Source: an uncultured Candidatus Saccharibacteria bacterium
Lineage (GTDB): Bacteria > Patescibacteriota > Saccharimonadia > Saccharimonadales > CAZPPF01
Direction of reading: 5' to 3'
DNA length: 35,353 bases
Assembly: GCA_964627365.1 (NCBI GenBank)
Contig: CAZVJS010000002.1
Span: forward strand, 1-35,353
Under the pieces are notes generated by a model. The model saw nothing but the letters and a program-made list of their open reading frames with translations. It was not told the origin of the DNA and did not search any database. Each line of letters begins with the position of its first letter. Positions within the stretch are counted from its first letter, which is position 1. The position numbers were made by a program, and so were the translations under genes. Positions 16,984 through 26,391 of the stretch are shown here, piece by piece.

Positions 16984-18807
16984 ATGAAACAAGACCCAAC
17001 CAAGATCAGGAACATCGCAATTATTGCCCATGTTGACCACGGTAAAACTACCTTGGTGGATGGGCTATTGAAGCAGTCCCAAACGTTCCGAGGCAACCAG
17101 GCCGAAATGAGCCAAGAACTGATTATGGACAGTGGCGACCAAGAACGAGAGCGTGGCATTACCATCACCGCCAAAGTTACAGCTGTGCAGCATGGTGATT
17201 ACCGCATCAACATCATTGATACGCCCGGACACGCGGACTTTTCTGGTGAGGTAGAGCGAACACTGAACATGGCTGATGGCTGCATCTTGATTATTGATGC
17301 CCAAGAAGGTCCGATGCCCCAGACCAAGTTTGTACTGAGCAAGGCTTTGGCATATGAGCTCAAGCCAATTGTTATCATCAACAAAATAGACAAATCGGGC
17401 AGCCGGATCAAAGAAGTTGAAGACGAGATCGCAGACCTGTTCCTAGAACTAGCCGTCCACGAAGACCAGCTGCACTACCCAATATATTATGCAGTGGGGC
17501 GGGGTGGTAAAGCCTGGGAATCTGTCCCGACCGATTCCGAAGAAGATGCTGACCTATCGGTTATTTTTGACGCTATTATCAAAGATATTCCAGCGCCAAA
17601 AATTGAACTAGATAAGCCATTCCAGATGTTGGTAACTGCACTAAGCTGGGATAGTTTTAAGGGCAAGTACGCTGTGGGTCGGATTGTTCGTGGACACATT
17701 AAACCAGGCGATGCCGTTACACTTTGTAAAAAAGATGGAACTCAAGCTAAGGCTAAAGTCGACAATGTATATATGAGTCATGGTCTTAATAAGTTTGAGG
17801 TACCGGAAGGCGTAGCTGGTGATATTGTGCAGCTAACCGGAGTCTCAGAAGCGCAAATTGGCGAGACCATTGCTGACGCCAACGAGCCCGAAGCGTTGCC
17901 AGTACTAGAAATTGAGGCACCAACGCTTAAGATTTACCTTGGACCGAATACTTCACCGTTTAAGGGGACAGAAGGTGAATTCACAACCAGCCGGCAGATT
18001 GGTGAGCGTTTACAGAAAGAACTGGAAACCAATGTGGGGCTACGGGTGGCGGAAGAGGGCATTGGCTTTTTGGTATCTGGACGCGGTGAACTGCACCTGA
18101 GCGTGTTGATAGAATCAATGCGCCGTGAGGGCTATGAGTTTGAAGTGGGGCGTCCACAAGTTGTAACCAAAGAAGAAGATGGCAAAATAGTTGAGCCAAT
18201 TGAAGAACTTATTATCGAAGTGCCGGCAGAACACGTGGGTGCAGTTCAAATGGAGCTGGGCGCCCGTCGGGCAACTTTGAAGGAACAATTTGCCAGTCCC
18301 AAGGGCGTTACCAAGCTTGTTTATGAACTGCCAACTCGCACGTTGCTTGGACTACGCAATGTCCTAATGACCAATACCAAAGGCACAGCCATTATGAACT
18401 CGTTGATGATTGGCTACGAGCCGCTCGGCGCGAGTTTGCAGCAGCTGCGCAATGGCGTAATTATTTCTTTTGAGACGGGTACAACCACCCCTTATGCATT
18501 GCAGATGGTAGAGGACCGTGGCGAAGCCTTTGTGGGACCAGCCGCTAAGGTCTATGCTGGCCAAATTGTAGGTCTAAACAAACGCCAAGAAGACATGGAA
18601 ATGAATGTCTGCAAAGCCAAGCATCTGACCAATATGCGTAGCTCATCTAGTGACGGTGTGGTCCAGCTAACACCACACACAATTTTTAGCCTAGAAGAAT
18701 GCCTAGACTTTATCGAAAAGGATGAATTGCTGGAAGTTACGCCTAAGTCGCTGCGCCTACGCAAGCGCGAACTTGACCCAACCAAACGCAAACGCCAAAA
18801 CAAATAG
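16984..18807 (+). CDS. typA: Translational GTPase TypA/BipA
   Basis: 607 aa with IRNIAIIAHVDHGKTTL and DTPGHADF motifs and EF-G-like domain order. Confidence 0.93.
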   Translation: MKQDPTKIRNIAIIAHVDHGKTTLVDGLLKQSQTFRGNQAEMSQELIMDSGDQERERGITITAKVTAVQHGDYRINIIDTPGHADFSGEVERTLNMADGCILIIDAQEGPMPQTKFVLSKALAYELKPIVIINKIDKSGSRIKEVEDEIADLFLELAVHEDQLHYPIYYAVGRGGKAWESVPTDSEEDADLSVIFDAIIKDIPAPKIELDKPFQMLVTALSWDSFKGKYAVGRIVRGHIKPGDAVTLCKKDGTQAKAKVDNVYMSHGLNKFEVPEGVAGDIVQLTGVSEAQIGETIADANEPEALPVLEIEAPTLKIYLGPNTSPFKGTEGEFTTSRQIGERLQKELETNVGLRVAEEGIGFLVSGRGELHLSVLIESMRREGYEFEVGRPQVVTKEEDGKIVEPIEELIIEVPAEHVGAVQMELGARRATLKEQFASPKGVTKLVYELPTRTLLGLRNVLMTNTKGTAIMNSLMIGYEPLGASLQQLRNGVIISFETGTTTPYALQMVEDRGEAFVGPAAKVYAGQIVGLNKRQEDMEMNVCKAKHLTNMRSSSSDGVVQLTPHTIFSLEECLDFIEKDELLEVTPKSLRLRKRELDPTKRKRQNK

Positions 18808-18856
18808 CAACCATCAATATTGACACATAACATCAAACATGAAATAGTTATGTATT

Positions 18857-19189
18857 ATGATTATGTGGCTTCCCGCTGAAATACCTCTAAAATATTGGAG
18901 TGATATTGTAGAGACTGAGTATGAAGAAGACGACGTAGCAGAAACAAAAGAGCTATTGTCTCAACCTCCCGGACCTTCGGTCGTGCGTGTTCTTGGGGAT
19001 ACTGGTCTGGTGCTTGCAACTCAGATACGGCTCCATGACTTTGGGGATCTAGAAGTTGGTTCAGCAAAAATAGAAGCCGTAAAAACACACCCAGGATGGC
19101 TGGGTCTAGAAGCGGCCTGTATAAAAGAGAACCTAGAAACCGCCGATTTTATTATCCAAAAATTCATAGGCCAAACTGTTGTAACGTAA
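18857..19189 (+). CDS. Small acidic hypothetical protein
   Basis: 110-aa ORF. Its stop (19187-19189) lies 2 nt before the next ATG. I recognise no domain. Confidence 0.45.
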   Translation: MIMWLPAEIPLKYWSDIVETEYEEDDVAETKELLSQPPGPSVVRVLGDTGLVLATQIRLHDFGDLEVGSAKIEAVKTHPGWLGLEAACIKENLETADFIIQKFIGQTVVT

Positions 19190-19191
19190 AT

Positions 19192-19929
19192 ATGTCTAAA
19201 AACTTTGCCGAACTTGCTTCTGAACCAACCCAATACGACAATGGTGAACTAAGCTGGGCTTCTGAAGGCGAAAAGCAACACTTTACCAGACGTATGATTC
19301 TTGAAGCCATTACGCCTTACCTTGGGGATGTACAGGGCGAGCGTATTTTGGACGTTGGCTCGGGTCTTGGCTGGCTGTGTGATGAGTTAACACTTCAGGG
19401 TGGAAAAACTGTAGGCATAGAACCCTCGGCAACCAATATGGATGCTGCCAAAAAGCAATTTCCTGAACTCGATTTTCGACATACTTCACTGGAAGAATTC
19501 GACACAACCGAACAATTTGACCTTGTTACTGCAACTATGGTTTTTGAGCACCTTGGAGATCTTGGAAAAACTTACGAGAAATTAGGCACCTTGTTAAAGC
19601 CTGGAGGCAGGTTGGTAGTATTGAGTGGTGATTTTGAAAGATTTACTCTACCACGATTCGATTATCAGATAGATGTCCAGCCCATTCAGGACGATGAGGT
19701 GGCAGTCAGAACGGACTATGGAGAACGTGCTGGCGTTTTTTACGACATTATCCGAACTCCTGATAGGTTTATTGGTGAAGCAACTTCTCACGGCTTTGAA
19801 CTAAGCGGACATACCCCTTACGCCGTTCCGCGCTGGGTTCTTACCGAAATGCCTAGGTACAATGTTTTTGAAGGTAAACCTCTTTTTCAAGTATTTGAAT
19901 TCGAGCCAGCGACTTCTAAAAATGGCTAG
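19192..19929 (+). CDS. Class I SAM-dependent methyltransferase
   Basis: The ATG at 19192 gives MSKNFAEL.... Motif I ILDVGSGLGWL and LKPGGRLVVL are present. The ORF-track start at 19096 overlaps the previous gene and is unlikely. Confidence 0.75.
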   Translation: MSKNFAELASEPTQYDNGELSWASEGEKQHFTRRMILEAITPYLGDVQGERILDVGSGLGWLCDELTLQGGKTVGIEPSATNMDAAKKQFPELDFRHTSLEEFDTTEQFDLVTATMVFEHLGDLGKTYEKLGTLLKPGGRLVVLSGDFERFTLPRFDYQIDVQPIQDDEVAVRTDYGERAGVFYDIIRTPDRFIGEATSHGFELSGHTPYAVPRWVLTEMPRYNVFEGKPLFQVFEFEPATSKNG

Positions 19930-20389
19930 TAACCCAGAACTGACCTGTGTTATATCAGGTAGCTTTAAGTTCAAGCCCGAAATTGATGCTGATATGGATG
20001 AGCTAAGAGAGTACAACATTAGAGTGTTATCGCCAGGAAAGGGCTGGCTGTATACCCCAAAATTAGCGGTAGTAAAAAACATTGGCATCAGACCTTTGCC
20101 TGATGAGCGTTGGATGGAAGTTGACGAGATTGAACCCAGCTTTCTTTATCACATGGATAATTCGCACTTCGTCTATCTTCATAATCAAGAAGGCTATGTC
20201 GGCGAAATGGTTGGTTTTGAAATGGGTTGGGCAATGCGCGGAGGCAAGCCAATCTATGCTAAAGAAACGCTCAACTATGATGCCATGCAATGGGACAATC
20301 CGTTTACATTTCCGGCACTAGAGAAGTACGTCAAAGTTATGCCAATCCCCGATATACGTGATGATTACCTGAGTACGCAAACCCCGTAG
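19922..20389 (+). CDS. Nucleoside 2-deoxyribosyltransferase-like (Rossmann-like) protein
   Basis: ATG at 19922 overlaps the methyltransferase stop by 8 nt. The N-terminal CVISGSFKF and later VYLHNQEGYVGEMVGFEMGWAMRGGKPIY resemble the NDT-family pattern (Gly-rich N-terminal strand ... G..E.G.A...gKPi). This assignment is from motif memory only. Confidence 0.4.
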   Translation: MASNPELTCVISGSFKFKPEIDADMDELREYNIRVLSPGKGWLYTPKLAVVKNIGIRPLPDERWMEVDEIEPSFLYHMDNSHFVYLHNQEGYVGEMVGFEMGWAMRGGKPIYAKETLNYDAMQWDNPFTFPALEKYVKVMPIPDIRDDYLSTQTP

Positions 20390-20446
20390 TGTTTCCGAGC
20401 CATAATTTAAGTTACTTTTAAGCGCGCGGCCCATATAATACCTACC

Positions 20447-21118
20447 GTGAGAATATTAGTAGTTGAAGATGATCACACCATTGCTCAGGCCATCAAAGAG
20501 GGCCTAGAGCAGGAGTCTTATGCGGTGGATGTGGAGTTTGATGGCGATGATGGATTTGCAGCCGCTTCTACTGGCGACTATGATCTGCTAGTGCTGGATG
20601 TCATGCTGCCAGGTATGACTGGACTAGAGATTGCCAAGAAACTGCGCGAAGACAAAGTACATGTGCGAATTATAATGCTGACCGCCAAGGATCAAGTACC
20701 TGACCGAGTACGTGGACTTAACACTGGCGCCGACGATTATATGGTCAAGCCATTTTCGTTTGAGGAGTTACTAGCGCGTATCCGGGCACTGCTACGTAGG
20801 CCGGATGAAAAGCTGGGCGAAGTTCTGGAAGTTGGAGACCTCACACTTGATACTATTGCCAAAGAAGTAAAGCGCGGCAAAACGCTCATTCCACTCTCGA
20901 GCAAAGAGTTTGCACTGCTGGAGTATATGCTGCGCAACAAGGGCAGAGTGCTCAGCAAAAATAATCTAATCAATCATGTCTGGGATTTTGATGCTGATGT
21001 TTTGCCCAACACGGTGGAAGTATTTATGAACTATTTACGTACCAAGATCGACAAACCGTTCAAAGGCCCAGCACTTATCCAAACGGTGCGAGGCTTTGGC
21101 TACAAGGTAGACGGGTGA
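20447..21118 (+). CDS. OmpR-family response regulator
   Basis: GTG start gives VRILVVEDD. It has a receiver domain with DLLVLDVMLPG and a C-terminal winged helix ending in VRGFGYKV. Confidence 0.9.
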   Translation: MRILVVEDDHTIAQAIKEGLEQESYAVDVEFDGDDGFAAASTGDYDLLVLDVMLPGMTGLEIAKKLREDKVHVRIIMLTAKDQVPDRVRGLNTGADDYMVKPFSFEELLARIRALLRRPDEKLGEVLEVGDLTLDTIAKEVKRGKTLIPLSSKEFALLEYMLRNKGRVLSKNNLINHVWDFDADVLPNTVEVFMNYLRTKIDKPFKGPALIQTVRGFGYKVDG

Positions 21119-22176
21119 TGGCCCTAAAAGATGAAGTTGACCAGCTAAAACACGAATACCGTAACAACGCGTCTACGATTCGCCTGGCTTTGTCGTATCT
21201 AACCATCATTATGGTTTTGAGCATTGCCTTTAGCGTGGTGTTCTATAAGACGTCTATACATGCGCTCGGGCGCCAAATTCCGCCACCGTCAATTTATGGA
21301 GAAGGCTTTAGAACAGATGGTGGAGGTGGAGTTATTGGAAATGGTGATGGAGGCTTTACAACCTTTTTTACGCAGCGCTATTCCGAAGGTCGAAATGACT
21401 TACTGGCTCGCTTGGTACTATTGAACGTGCTGGCCTTTTTCATTGGCTCAGTTATTAGTTTTTATTTGGCAAGGGCTTCGCTGGAGCCCATTGAAGAGGC
21501 TATGGAAGCTCAAAGCCGGTTTTCTTCTGATGCTTCACATGAGCTGCGTACACCACTAACGGCCATTCGCACACGTAATGAGGTAGCTCTGCGCAAACCA
21601 AAACTCGATGCCACGGAAGCTAAACAAGTAATTCAAAGTAATTTGGACGAAGTTATTAAGCTAGAGATGTTGTCGGAGGGCCTGCTGCGACTGGCTCGCC
21701 AGGATGGCAAACCACTGGAACTATCTGCAGTGGGACTAGATGAGATTGCCACTGAGGCTATTAACAAGGTTATTGAACCAGCTCAGGCCAAGAACATCGT
21801 AATCGATGAAACGGTGCCCAAGATTTCGGTGTTGGCAGATAGCGCTAGCTTGGCACAGGCCGTCAAAATCTTACTGGATAACGCCATCAAATACAGTTCA
21901 CCTAAGAGCAAGGTATTTGTGAGTGGTTATAAAAAGGGCAAACACGGATTTTTACAGGTCAAAGACCAGGGACAGGGCATAAAGGTGGCTGATTTGCCGC
22001 ATATTTTTGACAGATTTTACCGGGCCGACCATGCTCGTACCAAAAAGGGTGAGAATGGTTACGGGCTAGGACTGTCGATTGCCCAAAAGATTATTGAGCA
22101 ACATGGCGGTGAGATAACAGTTAAAAGCATTGTGGATAAAGGCTCTACTTTTACAATCAAACTTACACTGTCTTAA
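21118..22176 (+). CDS. Sensor histidine kinase
   Basis: The ATG overlaps the response-regulator TGA (gtgATGa). It has two TM helices, H-box SHELRTPLTAI, N-box LLDNAIKYS and G-boxes DQGQGI / GYGLGLSIA. Confidence 0.9.
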   Translation: MALKDEVDQLKHEYRNNASTIRLALSYLTIIMVLSIAFSVVFYKTSIHALGRQIPPPSIYGEGFRTDGGGGVIGNGDGGFTTFFTQRYSEGRNDLLARLVLLNVLAFFIGSVISFYLARASLEPIEEAMEAQSRFSSDASHELRTPLTAIRTRNEVALRKPKLDATEAKQVIQSNLDEVIKLEMLSEGLLRLARQDGKPLELSAVGLDEIATEAINKVIEPAQAKNIVIDETVPKISVLADSASLAQAVKILLDNAIKYSSPKSKVFVSGYKKGKHGFLQVKDQGQGIKVADLPHIFDRFYRADHARTKKGENGYGLGLSIAQKIIEQHGGEITVKSIVDKGSTFTIKLTLS

Positions 22177-22245
22177 GCTTGCTTTAATTTTGGGGCGGTT
22201 TACTGCTGATATGCAACTAAACAAAATTAATCCAAAGGAAATATT

Positions 22246-23646
22246 ATGAGCGTAGCTAGCCGCGGAGTTCGGAATGCTTTTCGTAACCCAATCCGAGCGT
22301 TCTCCATAGTAGTTATTTTAGGGCTTAGCGTGGGACTAGCCTTAGCCATGTTAGTAGCCTACAAAGCTGTCGGGGATCGAATTGAAAATGTAAAAAGTAC
22401 TGTCGGTAACACCATAACCATATCGCCGGCCGGCGTACGTGGCTTTGAAGGTGGCGGCAACGCGCTGACCCAGCAGCAACTGGACCAAGTGTCCAAGCTT
22501 GCGCATATAACCTCCGTTGATGGGCGTCTCAATGATAGGTTGGACACCTCCAACACCAACCTGCAAACAGCCATTGAGGCCGGCCAGCTGGGTCAGCGCT
22601 TTGCCGGCAATAGTGGGCAAGGCTTTGTGATAATGGGCAATGGACCTCAAAGTGGCAGTGCATCGGGCACAGATGGTGCTTCGCCTAATGTCACCCGAAC
22701 TTTTACCCCTCCGATTACTGTGGTAGGCACAACTCAACCAACTGAATTGTCCGAAACCCAAGGTGGTGGCAGCTTTAAGCTAACTAGTGGCGCAGTATTT
22801 GACGGTAAGAGTACCGACAACGTAGCTGTGATTGGTTCCAGTCTAGCAACCAAAAATAACCTCCAGGTTGGCTCAACTTTTACTGCCTATGGTACAACAA
22901 TCAAAGTGGTTGGTATTTATGACGCTGGTAATACCTTTGCCAATAACCAAGTCATCATGCCACTAGCCAGTGTGCAGAAACTCAGCAATCAAAGTGGCAA
23001 CATTACCACCGCCACCGTTAAAGTTGATTCAATCACTAACATTGATGCTACAACCACTGCCGTGACCAACACGCTTGGGGCAGCTGCCGATGTTACCAAC
23101 GGCGCCGATGAAGCCAAGCAAGCCATCCAGCCACTGGAAAACATTCAGAAGATCTCACTTTATAGCCTGATTGGGGCTGTTAGTGCCGGGGCAGTCATAA
23201 TCCTACTAACCATGATCATGATTGTGCGCGAACGGCGCCGTGAGATTGGCGTAATCAAAGCTATCGGTGCCTCCAACGTTAAGGTTATGCTGCAATTTAT
23301 GGTAGAGGCTGTCACCCTGACCCTTATGGCAGCGGTGATTGGCGTAATCATCGGGGCAGCGGCCAGCAGCCCAATTACTAAACTGTTGGTGAACAATGCT
23401 TCGAGCTCAAATAACGGCCTAAACGCGCAGAGCGGCGGCGCGACTGTACGGACGTTCTCTTCTGGACCGAGGGGTGGTGTGACCCGCGGTTTGCAAAATA
23501 GTATTACAAACATTCACGCCGCTGCCGGCTGGAGTATCATACTGTACGGCCTGGGAGTAGCCATAGTGATTGCGCTGGTAGGGAGTGCCATCGCCTCACT
23601 ATTCATTGCAAAAGTAAGACCCGCAGAAGTCATGAGGAGTGAATAA
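22246..23646 (+). CDS. MacB/FtsX-type ABC transporter permease
   Basis: It has an N-terminal TM helix, a roughly 270-aa extracytoplasmic domain and three C-terminal TM helices (FtsX-like, ...ERRREIGVIKAIGAS...). Confidence 0.85.
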   Translation: MSVASRGVRNAFRNPIRAFSIVVILGLSVGLALAMLVAYKAVGDRIENVKSTVGNTITISPAGVRGFEGGGNALTQQQLDQVSKLAHITSVDGRLNDRLDTSNTNLQTAIEAGQLGQRFAGNSGQGFVIMGNGPQSGSASGTDGASPNVTRTFTPPITVVGTTQPTELSETQGGGSFKLTSGAVFDGKSTDNVAVIGSSLATKNNLQVGSTFTAYGTTIKVVGIYDAGNTFANNQVIMPLASVQKLSNQSGNITTATVKVDSITNIDATTTAVTNTLGAAADVTNGADEAKQAIQPLENIQKISLYSLIGAVSAGAVIILLTMIMIVRERRREIGVIKAIGASNVKVMLQFMVEAVTLTLMAAVIGVIIGAAASSPITKLLVNNASSSNNGLNAQSGGATVRTFSSGPRGGVTRGLQNSITNIHAAAGWSIILYGLGVAIVIALVGSAIASLFIAKVRPAEVMRSE

Positions 23647-23647
23647 C

Positions 23648-24319
23648 ATGTTACAAGTAACTGATCTTAAGAAAACCTTTCCATCTGGTGACTACGAAGT
23701 AGCCGCAGTAAATGGCATAACATTTTCAGTCGGAACTGGGCAATTTGCCTCAATCATTGGAAAAAGTGGTAGTGGAAAGAGTACACTCCTCAGCATTCTA
23801 GGTGCCTTAGATAAGCCAACCAGCGGCAAAGCCGAAGTGGATGATATCGACATCACTCGGTTGAGTGATCATGCGCTCATCGCTTACCGCTGCCAAAAAA
23901 TTGGTTTCGTGTTTCAAAACTACAACCTAGTACCCAACCTAACGGCGCTCGAAAATGTCATGCTGCCAATGGAGTTTGCCAAACTTCCCAAGAAACAGCG
24001 CATTGAGCGTGCAACTCAATTGTTGGACCAAGTGGGACTTGTCGATGATAAGCAGCGTCGTAAACCCGGCCGCTTGTCTGGTGGCGAACAACAGCGTGTC
24101 GCCATAGCCCGGGCTCTAGCTAACAAACCAAAACTTATTCTGGCTGATGAACCCACTGGCAACCTCGATGATCAAACTGGCAAAATGATCTTCAAACTAC
24201 TCCATCACCTGGCCAGGAGCGAAAACACCACCATTATTGTGGTAACTCACGACCTGTCCATTGCCGGCAAGACCGACATGACCTTTAAGCTTCGTGACGG
24301 CAAACTCGTTAAAGCTTGA
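23648..24319 (+). CDS. ABC transporter ATP-binding protein (MacB/LolD-like)
   Basis: ATG at 23648 lies 9 nt after SD aggag. Walker [10 protein letters not shown], signature LSGGEQQRV and Walker B LILADEPT are present. Confidence 0.9.
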   Translation: MLQVTDLKKTFPSGDYEVAAVNGITFSVGTGQFASIIGKSGSGKSTLLSILGALDKPTSGKAEVDDIDITRLSDHALIAYRCQKIGFVFQNYNLVPNLTALENVMLPMEFAKLPKKQRIERATQLLDQVGLVDDKQRRKPGRLSGGEQQRVAIARALANKPKLILADEPTGNLDDQTGKMIFKLLHHLARSENTTIIVVTHDLSIAGKTDMTFKLRDGKLVKA

Positions 24320-24366
24320 CCACCATCCATAGGCACGTTAGTCTGGAGGTAAGTAAGGACACCTCT

Positions 24367-25629
24367 ATGCTCGACAAAGCCAAAAGCGCGGTCTTTCAGG
24401 CTCGCAATCTCGTACTACCAGACAAAACCAAGAACCTTACTGCCGATGATGTCCAAAAAGCTCGGCGGTATATTGCTGATTACTGGAAAGAGCTTGAACG
24501 ATTCCACCCGAACGATGACAAAACTCTGGTGGGCTTGCCATATCCGTATCTCATCCCTTCTCAGGATGGTTCATATGGTTTTAACGAGCTTTACTACTGG
24601 GATAGTTACTTTATGGTGCAAAGTATGATGGACAAAGACCACATCCAGCTAGTCAAAGGCGTAGCTGAGGACCTTTTAACACTGATGCAGCGATTTCACA
24701 TCATTCCCAATGCCTCGCGAACCTACTTTACTGGCCGCTCGCAGCCACCACTGCTAACGAGTATTATTTTTGACGTTTACAAGATTGAACAAGACAAAAT
24801 GTGGCTCGAGAAGGCCATTGCCATTGCCAAAGAAGAATACGAAAACGTTTGGATGGGAACTGCTCAACCGAACTGGCGCCAGGTGTACCGAGGCCTTAGC
24901 CGCTACTATGACATCAACACCCTCCATGATCTAGCCGAAGCCGAAAGTGGCTGGGATATGACCACGCGCTTTGGGCGTCGGGCGCTGCACTATTTGCCGG
25001 TCGATCTGAACGCCTTACTGTATAAATACGAAACCGATTTTGCCGAAGCTGCCCGAATACTGGGTAATGAGGGCCAAGCTCTGGACTGGCAAGCCAAAGC
25101 GAATGATCGAAAAGAAACAATGGACGAGCTGATGTGGAGCAAAACTTTTGGTATTTATTACGATTACAATTACAAAAAAGACAAGCGGGGAACAGTTTCG
25201 TCTCTGGCAACCTACTACCCAATGTGGGCGGGTATGGTTACCGACAAGCAGGCCAAACAACTCGTCAAAACATTGCGCAAGTTTGAGCACAAAGGCGGTC
25301 TGTCTACTACCGATAATCAACCAATTTCTCAGCTGGTACCGGGCAGTATGCCAGTGCAATGGGCCTATCCAAACGGTTGGGCGCCTTTGCACTTTATGGT
25401 CGTCCAAGGGCTAGAGCGATATGGCTATCATGAAGATGCCGAACGCATTGCTCACAAATGGTTGCATACCAACCTGATATGGTTCAACAAACACGGCGAA
25501 TTCGTAGAAAAGTACAACGTGGCTAATCCCAATAAGCCAGCCTCAGAAGGCGTTTACCCAAGCCAAAAAGGCTTTGGTTGGACCAATGCCATCTTTGAAC
25601 GCTTCTGCCAAGATTATATTGACCAGTAA
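24367..25629 (+). CDS. Trehalase (GH37), apparently cytoplasmic
   Basis: GH37 signatures YYWDSYF and QWAYPNGWAPLHF. ATG at 24367 is preceded by aagga. The ORF-track start at 24316 is TTG. There is no signal peptide. Confidence 0.8.
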   Translation: MLDKAKSAVFQARNLVLPDKTKNLTADDVQKARRYIADYWKELERFHPNDDKTLVGLPYPYLIPSQDGSYGFNELYYWDSYFMVQSMMDKDHIQLVKGVAEDLLTLMQRFHIIPNASRTYFTGRSQPPLLTSIIFDVYKIEQDKMWLEKAIAIAKEEYENVWMGTAQPNWRQVYRGLSRYYDINTLHDLAEAESGWDMTTRFGRRALHYLPVDLNALLYKYETDFAEAARILGNEGQALDWQAKANDRKETMDELMWSKTFGIYYDYNYKKDKRGTVSSLATYYPMWAGMVTDKQAKQLVKTLRKFEHKGGLSTTDNQPISQLVPGSMPVQWAYPNGWAPLHFMVVQGLERYGYHEDAERIAHKWLHTNLIWFNKHGEFVEKYNVANPNKPASEGVYPSQKGFGWTNAIFERFCQDYIDQ

Positions 25630-25668
25630 TAGACGCACTAGCTATATTCTTGCTACAATGTCAACTGA

Positions 25669-26391
25669 ATGTTGATTCTTAGTCCCGAAGTAGATCTAGA
25701 ACCACAAGAACGACTGGTCTTGGCAGTTGACACAACAGATGTCTGGCAAGCTCATCAGTATGCCAAGGTCGCCAAATCTGCAGGTGCAAAAATCATAAAA
25801 CTTGGCTTGGAGCATGAATCTTTAGATGGTCCTAGACCCTGCTCAGAGTTAGCGGAAGACAATGGTCTAGAGTGGATTGCGGACTTCAAAACTTATGCAA
25901 CATCAAAAACCATTGCCCCTGTCATCACTAGATATACAAGCCTAGCTCATCCACCAATAGGGATAACGATTAGTTTACATTCCGGTGAGCAATCTCTCCG
26001 GATAGCACAAGAGATTGCCGGACAGAAAAATATAGCAATATTTGGTGTTGGCCATCTTTCAGTTATCGATAATATTGAGACAGAAATGTACGAAGGGATG
26101 GGGGCACATTCATATTTTATGATGCAAATAGAACGGGCAGTCAACACTGGTATCCAAGGGATGGTTTGTTCGGGGTTAGAGGTTGCCGATGTGGCGTCAG
26201 CTGGCTTGGTTAGCTTGGTCGTAGCAACTAGGTCCCGTGGTGTTGAGATAGTTGGTGATGATCAAAAGCGCGTTACTACACCGGCAGAAGCAAGACTCTC
26301 AGGAGCAACGCTAATCGAAGTTGGTAGACAAGTTATCGAGGCCGAGAATCCAGTTGGTGAAATGAGAAGAATACGTGAGGAAATAGCCTAG
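25669..26391 (+). CDS. Orotidine-5'-phosphate decarboxylase-like protein with a variant active site
   Basis: It aligns along its length with PyrF: VLAVD, IIKLG, ADFKTYATSKT (in place of DLKLHDIPTT), GMVCS and DDQKRVTTP...VGR. The second Asp of DxKxxD is Ala (codon 25897-25899). Confidence 0.65.
   Translation: MLILSPEVDLEPQERLVLAVDTTDVWQAHQYAKVAKSAGAKIIKLGLEHESLDGPRPCSELAEDNGLEWIADFKTYATSKTIAPVITRYTSLAHPPIGITISLHSGEQSLRIAQEIAGQKNIAIFGVGHLSVIDNIETEMYEGMGAHSYFMMQIERAVNTGIQGMVCSGLEVADVASAGLVSLVVATRSRGVEIVGDDQKRVTTPAEARLSGATLIEVGRQVIEAENPVGEMRRIREEIA

Noticed and set aside
19096-19191. N-terminal extension of the methyltransferase (ORF-track start at 19096)
   Set aside because: It would overlap the 18857-19189 ORF by 94 nt in another frame. 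The ATG at 19192, 2 nt after that ORF's stop, gives a normal methyltransferase N-terminus.
24316-24366. TTG-initiated N-terminal extension of the trehalase
   Set aside because: It starts 4 nt before the end of the upstream ABC gene and has no SD. The ATG at 24367 has a well-spaced aagga. The extension remains possible but is less likely.
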